Assembly: GCA_049512775.1 (NCBI GenBank)
Contig: JBEKWU010000004.1
Location: forward strand, 3,096-67,095
DNA length: 64,000 bases
Origin: Bryobacteraceae bacterium
Lineage (GTDB): Bacteria; Acidobacteriota; Terriglobia; Bryobacterales; Bryobacteraceae
Direction of reading: 5' to 3'
Shown here: piece by piece, positions 24,492-33,516 of the stretch
Numbering within the stretch: position 1 is the stretch's first letter
Layout of the letters: the number at the start of each line of letters is the position of its first letter
The notes under the pieces: model-generated
The model's database searches: none
What the model was told of the DNA's origin: nothing
What the model saw: the letters and a program-made list of their open reading frames with translations, nothing else
Translations under genes and position numbers: made by a program

Positions 24492-25917
24492 TTGGCTCAC
24501 CTCCCGGGCGGTCGAAGACAATGGCCTTGTACAGCAGGTCGTGCAGCCCCACGATCTGGCAATCGATCCCCTGGTCCTCCATCAGCTCGCGGAGCTGCTT
24601 CTTGCAGTTGGCGCAGGGCGCGACACAGTATTTGGCTCCGGTCGCTCGAATCTGATCGGCCTTGACACGGCCCCCGATCAGGGTCCGGTAGGGACGAATC
24701 TCGTCGATCGAGACAGTACCCCCGCCTCCGCCGCAGCAGATGTTGTCGCGCCGGTTGGGGGTCATCTCGACGTAGTTCCTGCAAAACGCCTTCAGCAGCT
24801 CGCGCGGCTGCTCGACGATCCAGCCGGGACGAGCGATATTGCACGGATCGTGGTACGTGACTTTCTCGGTGACGACGTTTGGGTCGAGCTTGAGGCGCCC
24901 CTCCTTCCAGGCCTGGTGCGTGTACTCCATGATGTTGAGGACGGGAAGCGCGTTCTTCCCCCCGCAGTAGGTGGGGTAGAAGAATTTGGCCGAGCGGGAC
25001 GCGTGGCCGCACTCGCCGATAAGAATCTTCTTCACCTTGAGCCGCTCGGCCTCCGCCTGGATCTTCCGCAACACGTGCTCCAGAACGTGGTCGCTGTAGA
25101 ACAGGCCGTAATTGATGCCGTCGAAGTAGCCCGTGCCGATAGTCCAACTGTCGCCGGTGGCCCGGAACACGGCGGCGTTGCCCATGAGCGTGTCGGCTTC
25201 CATCAGGAAGTCCGAGACGGCGGGGATGAACAGATACTCCGCGCCCTCCTGGTCGATCGGGAAGGGGATATCGATGCCCTTCTCCTCCCCCATGTCCTCG
25301 CTGAGAAACTCGAGGCTGTCGAGCAGGGCGGGAACGGGAATCGCGGAGGTGTTGCCGCTGGCGCCGAGCAGTTGCTCCCGGACGCTGACCGCCAGGGCCC
25401 GCGGCACGATACCGATTTCAGACAGAATGTAGCGCCCGAGGTGGGTGATGAGCGCGTGATCGATGCCCATGGGGCATTCGAAGTGGCAGCGGCGGCAGGC
25501 GGTGCAGTTGTAGAAGGATTCCGCCATCTCCTGGACCTTGTCGTCGGTCAGGCCCGGGTCGCCCAGGATGCGCCCGCGCAAAACGCCCGAAATCGTGAAA
25601 TGGCGGCGATAGACGGACAGCAGCAGCTCGGAGCGGTAGCAAGGGATGTCTTTCGCGTCGCCGGTCGCGAGATAGACCTGGCAGTTGGTGGTGCAGCGGG
25701 AGCACTTCGCGCCCACGCGGACATAGTGATCCAGGGCCACCCGGTAATTCGTGTGCTTGAGGATGGCGGCGAACGCTTCGAGGAACCGGCGCGGGCGCTC
25801 TTGCACGTCGAAGTCCTCGACGTGATAGCGGACGGCGAGGCGCTGCTTGCGGATCGCTTCCGGCTTCCTCGCGCTGGCCAGCGCTCTTTTTCTCTCTTCG
25901 GCGTTCAGTGGTTGCAT
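24475..25917 (-). CDS. HdrD/DsrK/HmcF-like CCG-domain iron-sulfur protein (paralog 1)
   Basis: Ferredoxin motifs CSRCTTNC and CTACRRCHFECP, plus CCG-type motifs (HDPCNIAR, ICCGGGGG, APCANCKKQ). Confidence 0.85.
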   Translation of the reverse strand: MQPLNAEERKRALASARKPEAIRKQRLAVRYHVEDFDVQERPRRFLEAFAAILKHTNYRVALDHYVRVGAKCSRCTTNCQVYLATGDAKDIPCYRSELLLSVYRRHFTISGVLRGRILGDPGLTDDKVQEMAESFYNCTACRRCHFECPMGIDHALITHLGRYILSEIGIVPRALAVSVREQLLGASGNTSAIPVPALLDSLEFLSEDMGEEKGIDIPFPIDQEGAEYLFIPAVSDFLMEADTLMGNAAVFRATGDSWTIGTGYFDGINYGLFYSDHVLEHVLRKIQAEAERLKVKKILIGECGHASRSAKFFYPTYCGGKNALPVLNIMEYTHQAWKEGRLKLDPNVVTEKVTYHDPCNIARPGWIVEQPRELLKAFCRNYVEMTPNRRDNICCGGGGGTVSIDEIRPYRTLIGGRVKADQIRATGAKYCVAPCANCKKQLRELMEDQGIDCQIVGLHDLLYKAIVFDRPGGEPSGRVA

Positions 25918-26084
25918 CGGCGCTCCGTGCGGCTGCGCATGGCCGGCCCGGGCCGGCTCGCGTGCCGGGGGCCGCCGCGCGCAGTTGTGCGAGTCTGGGC
26001 TGCATTACATCGACGAGTTCCTTCACGGCGGCAGCGCTCTTGCGAAATGCCGCGCTTTCCTCCTCGGCCAGCTTGGCTGTGCTT

Positions 26085-27248
26085 TCATCCCGCGAGGCTC
26101 TCCCGTACCGAAAGAGTGATCCTGTAAAAGACCGTGATCATCAGAATGCCAACCGCCCAGATGCCCGCGGTGATCGAGATCTCCGGCAGCGTGGGCGCGT
26201 ACTCCGTGACCGCTCCCAGCGGCGAGGGAATGAAGCCGGAGACCACCAGGCACATCCCTTTGTCGATCCAGAGCGAAAGAAAGACGGCCGCGCAGGCCGA
26301 CGCCAGCAGGCGCTCGTCGTGGCGAAACCGCGGCACGATCAGCAGCACCAGCGATGCCGCCGCCAGCAGCACCGAGGTCCACATCCACGGTACCAGTACG
26401 CCGCGGCCGTTCAGACCGAAGAACAAGTATTCGAAGTGGCGCAGGTGATCCGGAATCCCGCTGTAGAACGCCGTGAAGATCTCCATCAGGACAAAGAACA
26501 CGTTGACGATCATGGCGTAGGTAACGATCAGCGCGAGCTTCTGAATGGGTTCGCGGCCCGGGTCGAAGCGCGTCAGCCTGCGAATCAGCATGCAGAGCAG
26601 GATGAGCAGCGCCGGCCCGGCGGAGAATGCCGAAGCGAGGAAGCGCGGAGCCAAAATCGCGGTGAGCCAGAAGGAGCGTCCGGGCAGACCGCTGTAGAGG
26701 AACGCGGTCACGGTATGGATGCTGATCGCCCACGGGATCGAGAGCAGAATCACCGGCCTGATCCAGCCCGGCGGCGCAACCGAGTTCCGCTCGGAGCGCA
26801 GCGTGACCAGCGCGATGACAGCGTTGAGCAGCAGGTAACCGCCGAGGGAGACCATGTCCCAGAACATGAGCGACCGGGGTGTCGGGTAGAGCAGCACGTT
26901 CAGCACGCGCGCCGGCTGGCCCATGTCCACGAACACAAACAGCATGCACATGACCACGGAGGAAACCGCCAGGAACTCGCCCAGGATGGTGATCTTGCCG
27001 AACGCCTTCCAGTCGTGCAGGTAGTAGGGCAGCACCACCATGACGGCGGAGGCGGCCACTCCGACCAGGAACGTGAACTGAGCGATGTAGAGGCCCCAGG
27101 AGACGTCGCGGCTCATGCCGGTGATCGCCAGGCCCTCGCTCAGTTGGCGCATATAGAAGAGAAAGCCGAGGCCGATGACCGCGAACAGAGAGAGAATCCA
27201 GATCCAGTACCGCCGGCCGCCGACCAACGCTTTTTCAAACATGAACAT
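26085..27248 (-). CDS. dsrP: DsrP, the NrfD-family membrane subunit of DsrMKJOP
   Basis: 387-aa polytopic NrfD-like protein lying directly after dsrO in the dsrMKJOP order. Confidence 0.85.
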   Translation of the reverse strand: MFMFEKALVGGRRYWIWILSLFAVIGLGFLFYMRQLSEGLAITGMSRDVSWGLYIAQFTFLVGVAASAVMVVLPYYLHDWKAFGKITILGEFLAVSSVVMCMLFVFVDMGQPARVLNVLLYPTPRSLMFWDMVSLGGYLLLNAVIALVTLRSERNSVAPPGWIRPVILLSIPWAISIHTVTAFLYSGLPGRSFWLTAILAPRFLASAFSAGPALLILLCMLIRRLTRFDPGREPIQKLALIVTYAMIVNVFFVLMEIFTAFYSGIPDHLRHFEYLFFGLNGRGVLVPWMWTSVLLAAASLVLLIVPRFRHDERLLASACAAVFLSLWIDKGMCLVVSGFIPSPLGAVTEYAPTLPEISITAGIWAVGILMITVFYRITLSVRESLAG

Positions 27249-27257
27249 AGCGGCGCC

Positions 27258-28007
27258 TCATACGATATAGAAGATGGACGGCCTGGTGCCGAGCTCGGAC
27301 TTGCGCCGGGTGGCGTATCGCGACCGCAACAACTCGCGCACGGGCGAGCCGGCGTCGTTCAGGTCGCCGAAGACCAGCGCTTTCTCCGGGCATGCCTCGA
27401 CGCAGGCGGGCGGACGGCCGCTGGCGAGCCGCTCTTCGCAGAAATTGCACTTCTCGACCACGCCCGTGGTGCGGGTCGGGAAATCGGGGTTCAGTTCGGC
27501 AATGTGCGGCCGCGGATCGCTCCAGTTGAAGCTGCGCGAGCCGTACGGGCAGGCGGCGATGCAGTAGCGGCAGCCGATGCAGCGGTGCCAATCCATCATC
27601 ACGATTCCGTCTTCGCGCTTCCAGGTGGCCTGAGTAGGGCAGACCCGCGTGCAAGGGGGATCGTCGCAATGATTGCACAGCACCGGGATGGGTTGGCCCC
27701 TGAGGGCGCCGGGAGTGTAGCCGCCTTCCGAGCCCAACACGTTCTCGAATTGGGCCTTCCAGATCCAGACGATCTCGCGCCGGCGGTCTTGGAACACGGG
27801 GATGTTGTGGGCCTTGTTGCAGGCGGCAATGCACTTGATGCAGCCCTCCTTCTGGAGGCACTTGCCGATATCGACTACCATGGCCCAGCGGCGTGCCTTC
27901 CTCGCCGGCGCTACCCTCTCCCCGATCGCCCCCAGGAAGCGCCTCGCCGTAACCGCGACCAGCGAGAAGCCCGTGATGCGCAGGAATCCTTTCCGAGTGA
28001 TGTTCAT
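27258..28007 (-). CDS. dsrO: DsrO, the periplasmic 4Fe-4S ferredoxin subunit of DsrMKJOP
   Basis: Tat-like leader MNITRKGFLRITGFSLVAV. Clusters CIKCIAAC, CNHCDDPPCTRVCP, CIGCRYCIAACP and CNFCEERL...CVEACP. The ATG overlaps the dsrJ stop. Confidence 0.85.
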   Translation of the reverse strand: MNITRKGFLRITGFSLVAVTARRFLGAIGERVAPARKARRWAMVVDIGKCLQKEGCIKCIAACNKAHNIPVFQDRRREIVWIWKAQFENVLGSEGGYTPGALRGQPIPVLCNHCDDPPCTRVCPTQATWKREDGIVMMDWHRCIGCRYCIAACPYGSRSFNWSDPRPHIAELNPDFPTRTTGVVEKCNFCEERLASGRPPACVEACPEKALVFGDLNDAGSPVRELLRSRYATRRKSELGTRPSIFYIV

Positions 28008-28405
28008 GGCCGGCTCCTCGCCACCAGCTTGGGATCGATATGGCAGTCCATGCAGTATGGCCCCTTGACGCCCACGTAGTTGTGGCAGCGGTCGCAGAAA
28101 TCGGCCTTGTTTGTGTGGCAGCCGGAGAGGCAGGTGCCGGTGAGGCTCATGTTGTATGTTTTGCCGTTGAACGCGGTGAAGCTGCGCACGTTGCGGCGAA
28201 CCACTTCCTCGCGCCAGTTCACGAGCAGAGCCATGTGCGACGTCTTCATGTAATCGACCGGCGCCACGCACTGCTTCTCCTGGGCGGGCAGCCGGACCTC
28301 GGGCGGCTTCGCGGTCTTCCCTGCGGCCGCGTTGTACCAGGCGGGGAACGTCAGCAAGCCGAGAAACGCAGCCAGGCCCGCGTAGATGACGCCTTGGTCA
28401 CGCAT
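28004..28405 (-). CDS. dsrJ: DsrJ, the membrane-anchored triheme cytochrome c
   Basis: N-terminal anchor, the conserved Cys in EKQCVAP, and three heme sites: CLSGCH (CX3CH spacing), CDRCH and CMDCH. Confidence 0.85.
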   Translation of the reverse strand: MRDQGVIYAGLAAFLGLLTFPAWYNAAAGKTAKPPEVRLPAQEKQCVAPVDYMKTSHMALLVNWREEVVRRNVRSFTAFNGKTYNMSLTGTCLSGCHTNKADFCDRCHNYVGVKGPYCMDCHIDPKLVARSRP

Positions 28406-30014
28406 GGGCCGCCTCCGCCTGCGGGAGCGGCTCGCCGCGCAGATCCGTGGTCCGCTCCTTCTCGTCCTTCATGACGAGCGCGTTGCCGACCAGTTCGTGC
28501 ACCCCGGCCACGTCGACGCCGGGCACCCAGTACTCGAGCAGGGTGGGCAGGGTTGCCTTATCGATGGCGCACATGCACGTCAGCATGTTCACGCCGTACC
28601 TCTCCTTGACGTACTTGACCGCGTTCGCGCGAGGCAGGCCGCCACGGAGCCGCATCTCGAGGTTCTCGTCCGTGCCCAGACCCGCGCCGCTGCCGCAGCA
28701 AAAGCTCTGCTCGCGAATCGTGTTTTCGGGCATCTCGTGGAACCGGCGGCAGACGCTGCGCAGGATGTACCGCGGCTCCTCGAGCAGGCCCATCCCCCGC
28801 GCAATGTTGCAGGAGTCGTGATAGGTGACGGTCAGGCGGTCGTTGCGCATCGGGTCGAGCTTCAGCTTCCCGTTCGCGATCAGGTCGGCGGTGAACTCGG
28901 CGATGTGCACCATCTTGGTCGCGCGCGCGTTTTCAAACCGCGTACCGGTGATGGGCGAAACCGGCTCCTCCAGAAAATCGGCCGGGCCGTTCATCGTGTC
29001 CATATACTGATTCAGTACCCGCCACATGTGGCCGCACTCGCCGCCCAGAATCCACTTCACCCCCAAACGCTTCGCCTCGGCGTAGATCTTCGCGTTCAGC
29101 CGCTTCATCATTTCGTGCGAGGCGAACAGGCCGAAGTTGCCGCCCTCGGAGGCGAACGCGCTGAAGGTGAAGTCCAGGCCGATCTCGTGGAACAGCACCA
29201 GGTAGCCGAGCAGCGTGAAATAGTGCGGCGAGGCGAAGTAGTCGGCCGACGGCACGACAAACAGAATCTCCGCGCCTTTCCTGTTGATCGGCGCCTCGAC
29301 GCGCGCGCCGGTGAGCTCTTCGATCTCGTCCACCGCGAAATCGATGCTGTCCTTAAACCCGTGCGGCTGGATTCCGAGATGGTTGCCCGTGCGGTAGCAG
29401 TTGGCCGCCGGCTCGATGACCCAGTTGATGTTGCAGCCCACCAGGTTGAGCAGCTCGCGGCCGATCATGGTGATCTCCGCCGTGTCGATGCCGTAAGGAC
29501 AGAACACCGAGCAGCGCCGGCACTCCGTGCACTGGTAGAAGTAGTAGAACCACTCCTTGACGACATCCTCGGTAAGGTCGCGTGCGCCGGCGAGTCCGCC
29601 AAAGAGCCGGCCGGTCAGCGTGAAGTAGCGGCGGTAGACCGAGCGGATCAGCTCGGCGCGCAACACCGGCATGTTCTTGGGATCGCCCGAGCCCAGGTAG
29701 AAGTGGCACTTGTCGGCGCAAGCGCCGCAGCGCACGCAAATGTCCATGAACAGCCGGAACGAGCGGTACTTGTCAAGCCGCTCTTTCATGCCCTCGAGCA
29801 GAATCCGCTTCCAGTCCGGCGGCAGCTTCCAATCCTTGTCGAAGGGCTGCCACTCGCGCGGATTTGGCATGTCCAGGTACTTGAGATTCTTCGCGGCGGC
29901 GCTGTAGCAGAAGACTCCTTTGCGGAATTCGACCGCCGGGTCTCTCCAGTCCCTCTCAGGCGGCTGGTAGTCGACCTGGACGAGTTGCTCGGGCCGCGGC
30001 GTTGGATCAGCCAT
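28398..30014 (-). CDS. dsrK: DsrK, the HdrD-like catalytic iron-sulfur subunit
   Basis: MADPTPRPEQLVQVDYQPPERDW..., with CVRCGACADKC, CTECRRCSVFCP, HDSCNIARG and FCCGSGAG CCG motifs. Start chosen 2 nt after the dsrM stop. Confidence 0.9.
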   Translation of the reverse strand: MADPTPRPEQLVQVDYQPPERDWRDPAVEFRKGVFCYSAAAKNLKYLDMPNPREWQPFDKDWKLPPDWKRILLEGMKERLDKYRSFRLFMDICVRCGACADKCHFYLGSGDPKNMPVLRAELIRSVYRRYFTLTGRLFGGLAGARDLTEDVVKEWFYYFYQCTECRRCSVFCPYGIDTAEITMIGRELLNLVGCNINWVIEPAANCYRTGNHLGIQPHGFKDSIDFAVDEIEELTGARVEAPINRKGAEILFVVPSADYFASPHYFTLLGYLVLFHEIGLDFTFSAFASEGGNFGLFASHEMMKRLNAKIYAEAKRLGVKWILGGECGHMWRVLNQYMDTMNGPADFLEEPVSPITGTRFENARATKMVHIAEFTADLIANGKLKLDPMRNDRLTVTYHDSCNIARGMGLLEEPRYILRSVCRRFHEMPENTIREQSFCCGSGAGLGTDENLEMRLRGGLPRANAVKYVKERYGVNMLTCMCAIDKATLPTLLEYWVPGVDVAGVHELVGNALVMKDEKERTTDLRGEPLPQAEAAHA

Positions 30015-30016
30015 GT

Positions 30017-31009
30017 CTACTCCTTCTCGAGCGGCAGCCCGGCCGCCTTGATCTTCTCCCGGAACTCCTCTTCCCATTCCGCGTAGGTGTGCACCTTCAC
30101 CGGATAATTCCAGGGATTGACGTGTCTCCGCATGCGGTTGTTGTTGGCCAGGTTTCTCGTGGGGCTCAGGAAGACCCCGCCCATGTGCATCAGCTTGCTG
30201 AAGGGGAAGTAGGCGAGCAGCGCGGCGAGCAGCGTCAGGTGCACGAAGAAGAGCGGACCCAGGCCGGCCGGGACCACCGGCGAGAACGTCACCAGGCCCA
30301 TGGCGAGTTGTTTGACCGCGAGCAGGTCCACGCGCGTGAAGTAGCGCATGAGCACACCCGAGAGCGCCAGGCCGATCAGCAGGAACAGCGCAAAATAGTC
30401 CGTGAACAGCGAGACGTACCGCACTCGCGGGTTCCTGACCCTGCGCCCGAGCAGGTAGGCCAGCGCCGCCAGGATCACGACATCCGTCGCATAAAGCTCC
30501 GGCGTGCCGACCTGGAAGAAACCATCAACCGCCTGGAGCGCCAGCACGAACCCGGGAATCGGCTCCAGGAAAAAGCGCAGGTGCCTCAGGAAAATGACGA
30601 GGAACGACCAGTGAAACGCCAGCGCACCCAGCCAGAGCAGCTTGTCCTCGCCGTAGACCAGCCGCGGGCCCTCGCGCAGCTCGGCCCTCGAGTTGCGGAA
30701 TAGCGAGCGGAAGAGCAGGATCTCGAGCGCCATCCGCCCTGCGACCCCAAGCGTCGTGGTGGGGCTTTCGAGCCGGGCGGCCTTGATCCACGACAGTGAT
30801 CTCTGCTGGCCACAGGTCGTCGGAATGCGGAATGGCACCGGCGTACGCGCCCACCGGCTCACTCGGTACGCGACGCCTGCCAGGAAGACCGCCATCGCCG
30901 CGTACGGCACCCCTACCCCGAACAGCACGCGCGCGCCGGCGATCTCGCCCGCCGACAGGCCGAGCGCCGCCAGCGCCAGGACCGCCACAAGCGAGTAGAG
31001 AGCGGTCAT
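30017..31009 (-). CDS. dsrM: DsrM, the NarI-like di-heme b membrane subunit
   Basis: 330-aa polytopic protein with FRIPTTCGQQ, LAFHWSFLVIFLRHLRFF and FPFSKLMHMGGVFLSPTRN. It sits before dsrK. Confidence 0.9.
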   Translation of the reverse strand: MTALYSLVAVLALAALGLSAGEIAGARVLFGVGVPYAAMAVFLAGVAYRVSRWARTPVPFRIPTTCGQQRSLSWIKAARLESPTTTLGVAGRMALEILLFRSLFRNSRAELREGPRLVYGEDKLLWLGALAFHWSFLVIFLRHLRFFLEPIPGFVLALQAVDGFFQVGTPELYATDVVILAALAYLLGRRVRNPRVRYVSLFTDYFALFLLIGLALSGVLMRYFTRVDLLAVKQLAMGLVTFSPVVPAGLGPLFFVHLTLLAALLAYFPFSKLMHMGGVFLSPTRNLANNNRMRRHVNPWNYPVKVHTYAEWEEEFREKIKAAGLPLEKE

Positions 31010-31494
31010 CGCGCTTCACCGTCCGATCGGGGGTACCCAATCCTGTCGAGCACGTATGTACCGCGCCGCGCCTCGCCGGCCTTGATCTCGTCCATCTTCT
31101 CCCGGCACCTCACGTACAGATCGAACGCGGTCAGCGCCATCTGGTCGATCCGCTGCTCCAGTGCCGGCGTCAGGCCGCCCGGCTCCTCGTGGCGCAGCAC
31201 GTCCTTCAAGACAAAAATGAAGCCCACCGCCTGGCTAGCTGTGAAGTCCTGCACCGCCCGGATCTTGACAACCTGGTCGAGCACGGGCGTGAGACGCGCG
31301 AGATTCATCTCGCCCAGCAGTTCCTCCAGGAGCACGGGCAGAGCTTCGCGGAGCGCGTGGCCGACCGGATTCCGGAAGCGATCCTTCTCCTCCGCCAAGA
31401 AGCGCGAGGTGAGGAACGGATACGCCCCCAGCGTGCGGGCCAGCCAATGCCGCGCAACCGCATCCCGATCGTAGGGAACCACGTCGTCGTTCAC
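31006..31494 (-). CDS. dsrT: DsrT (RsbRD N-terminal-domain protein)
   Basis: ...FLAEEKDRFRNPVGHALREALPVLLEELLG...LDQVVKIRAVQDFTASQAVGFIFVLKDVLR is the RsbRD_N pattern. The GTG start lies 2 nt after the dsrC stop, and the stop overlaps the dsrM ATG. Confidence 0.7.
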   Translation of the reverse strand: MNDDVVPYDRDAVARHWLARTLGAYPFLTSRFLAEEKDRFRNPVGHALREALPVLLEELLGEMNLARLTPVLDQVVKIRAVQDFTASQAVGFIFVLKDVLRHEEPGGLTPALEQRIDQMALTAFDLYVRCREKMDEIKAGEARRGTYVLDRIGYPRSDGEAR

Positions 31495-31496
31495 AC

Positions 31497-31814
31497 TTAT
31501 ACGCAGCCCGTCGGCTTGGGCAAGCCGGCGAGCTTGCACGCCCCCTTGGCCGGTCCGGACGGGAACATCTGATAGATCTCGTTCAGCTTGAAGCCCGTCT
31601 CCTTGCAAAGCTTGCGGATCATCGGGGCGATGCCGAACTCCAGGTAGTAGTTCCTCAGATAGTGGATCACCTTCCAATGGTTCTCGGTCAGCTCCGTGAC
31701 GCCCTCGGTGCTGGCGAAGTCCGTGGCGACTTGCTGGTTCCAGACGGCCGGGTCTTCTAGGAAGCCGTCTTCGTCTACGTTGTACTGCTTTCCCTCAGCC
31801 TCAAAAATCGGCAC
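31497..31814 (-). CDS. dsrC: DsrC with both redox-active C-terminal cysteines
   Basis: 105 aa ending ...GPAKGACKLAGLPKPTGCV (C-x10-C-V), plus HWKVIHYLRNYY. Confidence 0.95.
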   Translation of the reverse strand: MPIFEAEGKQYNVDEDGFLEDPAVWNQQVATDFASTEGVTELTENHWKVIHYLRNYYLEFGIAPMIRKLCKETGFKLNEIYQMFPSGPAKGACKLAGLPKPTGCV

Positions 31815-31845
31815 GTATTACCTCCTCTCGGATACTCTTGTCGGG

Positions 31846-33507
31846 CTACTGCAGGTCGATGTAGCCGCAGGGGCACTCCTCGGCGCATTTCTTGCAGCCG
31901 TTACAGAGCTCCAGCTTCACTCGGTAGTGTTCCCCCTTCGGCAGCTTGACGAAACAACTGTTCGTGCAATACATCCAGCAGGTCTCGCAGTCCATGCACA
32001 TTCCGCAGGACATGCAGCGTTTGGCCTCGGCCAGCGCGTCCTCCTCCGCGAGGCCCCGCTCGATTTCCGCGTCGAGCGTCCGCCCGGCGACCGCAATCTG
32101 CGGCCGCTCGTGCCGGGCCGACTCCTTGTACCAGCCGAGCTTCATGCGTTCCGGCGCGATCGGCGGGGCGGCCAACGGCTTCTCGGGCGTGCGGCCGCGG
32201 AAGCGCGCGTCGATCGCCTCCGCCGCGAAGCGGCCCTGGGCGATGGCAATACTCACCAGGCCCAGCTCGACATCGTCACCGCCGGCATAGACGCCGTCGG
32301 TTTTTGTCGAGCCCCAGTCATCGGCCTTGATCCAATCCTTGCCCTCGTGCAGACCCGAGAGTCCGTCAAACCCGGGCTCCTGGCTGATGGCGGCGATGAT
32401 CGCGCTGGCTTCGATTTCGAACTCCGTGCCGGGCTTGGGCACGGGCCTCGGCCGGCCGGAAGCATCCGGCGCGCCCAATTCCATGCGGATCGCGTGCATG
32501 CCCACCGCGAGGCCGTTCCGCCGCACGATCTCGACCGGCGCGGCGAGGAACTCGATCTTCACTCCTTCTTCCAGCGCGCCCTCGATCTCCGGCTTAATGG
32601 CGGGCATCTCGGCGCGGGTGCGGCGGTACAGAATCGTGACGTCGGCCCCCAGGCGCTTGCCGACGCGGGCCGCATCGATGGCCGTGTCGCCCCCGCCGAT
32701 CACGATCACCTTATTGCCGAGCGCCACCGGCTCGCCCTGGTTCGCCCGGTTGAGGAACTCGGTCCCCGTTAGAACGTTCGGAGCGTCTTCACCGGGAATC
32801 CCCAGCTTCAGGCCCTTGTGCGCGCCGATGCCGACGAATACGGCCTGGTAGTCGCGGCGGAGGTCCTCCAGCGAAACGTCTCTGCCGGCCACGACATTGC
32901 ACTTCAGCTCGACGCCGAGATCGACAATCCGGTCGATTTCGGCGTCCAGCACCCCGCGGGGCAGCCGGTAGGCGGGAATGCCGTAGCGCAACATGCCGCC
33001 CGGCTTGCCGAATGCCTCGAACACCGTCACCGGATACCCGCGCCGCGAAAGCTGATAGGCGCAGGAGAGGCCCGCTGGTCCGGAGCCGATCACCGCGATC
33101 CGCTCCGGATAGGTCTCGGAGGTCAGTTTGGCGAGTTTCAGATTCTTGGAAATGCCGAAGTCGCCGATGAATCGCTCCAGCGCATTGATCGCGACCGGCC
33201 CCTCCTTGGCGTTCCGGTTGCACGCCTCCTCGCAGGGATGAGGACAAACCCGCCCGCAAACCGCCGGGAACGGATTCCGATCGACGATCATGTGCCAGGC
33301 GATCTCGTAGGCCTGCTCGTTGGTCCGGCCGTAGGCCTCCGCCTGCGCTATGGTCGTCAGCCAGCCACGGATGTCGGTTCCGCTAGGGCAGTGCCCGATG
33401 CACGGCGGCGCTTTCTGCGCGTAATACGGGCGCAACGCGCTGATGGCGCCGCCCGCCGTCGCGCTCGCCTTGATGGTCGGTTTCTTTGGCTGCTTAAAGA
33501 TGCCCAT
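31846..33507 (-). CDS. dsrL: DsrL, an NAD(P)H:acceptor oxidoreductase (GltD-like with a C-terminal ferredoxin domain)
   Basis: N-terminal Fe-S Cys motifs (CPSGTDIR..., CGRVCPHPCEEAC), IAVIGSGPAGLSCAY and VIVIGGGDTAIDAAR dinucleotide folds, and C-terminal CMSCGMCMDCETC / CNGCKKCAEECPCG. Confidence 0.85.
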   Translation of the reverse strand: MGIFKQPKKPTIKASATAGGAISALRPYYAQKAPPCIGHCPSGTDIRGWLTTIAQAEAYGRTNEQAYEIAWHMIVDRNPFPAVCGRVCPHPCEEACNRNAKEGPVAINALERFIGDFGISKNLKLAKLTSETYPERIAVIGSGPAGLSCAYQLSRRGYPVTVFEAFGKPGGMLRYGIPAYRLPRGVLDAEIDRIVDLGVELKCNVVAGRDVSLEDLRRDYQAVFVGIGAHKGLKLGIPGEDAPNVLTGTEFLNRANQGEPVALGNKVIVIGGGDTAIDAARVGKRLGADVTILYRRTRAEMPAIKPEIEGALEEGVKIEFLAAPVEIVRRNGLAVGMHAIRMELGAPDASGRPRPVPKPGTEFEIEASAIIAAISQEPGFDGLSGLHEGKDWIKADDWGSTKTDGVYAGGDDVELGLVSIAIAQGRFAAEAIDARFRGRTPEKPLAAPPIAPERMKLGWYKESARHERPQIAVAGRTLDAEIERGLAEEDALAEAKRCMSCGMCMDCETCWMYCTNSCFVKLPKGEHYRVKLELCNGCKKCAEECPCGYIDLQ

Positions 33508-33516
33508 GCTTCACCG

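Noticed and set aside
25918-26084. Small ORFs in the 167-nt gap between dsrP and the second complex: a 21-codon MKAQPSWPRRKARHFARALPP, and a helical-looking frame ...AKLAEEESAAFRKSAAAVKELVDVMQ...
   Set aside because: The 21-codon ORF overlaps the dsrP stop region and is Arg-rich. The helical-looking frame has no start codon with an RBS before it merges out of frame with the HdrD-like gene. I treated the gap as intergenic and a possible internal promoter region.
25908-28079. 723-aa plus-strand ORF
   Set aside because: It is antisense to dsrP and dsrO. The composition is dominated by R/D/Q/H/E runs, with no TM or cofactor motifs.
33508-33516. Search for dsrD in its canonical position after dsrB
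   Set aside because: Only 9 nt separate the dsrB stop from the dsrL ATG, so no ORF can be accommodated. The DsrD-like candidate is at 55427 instead.
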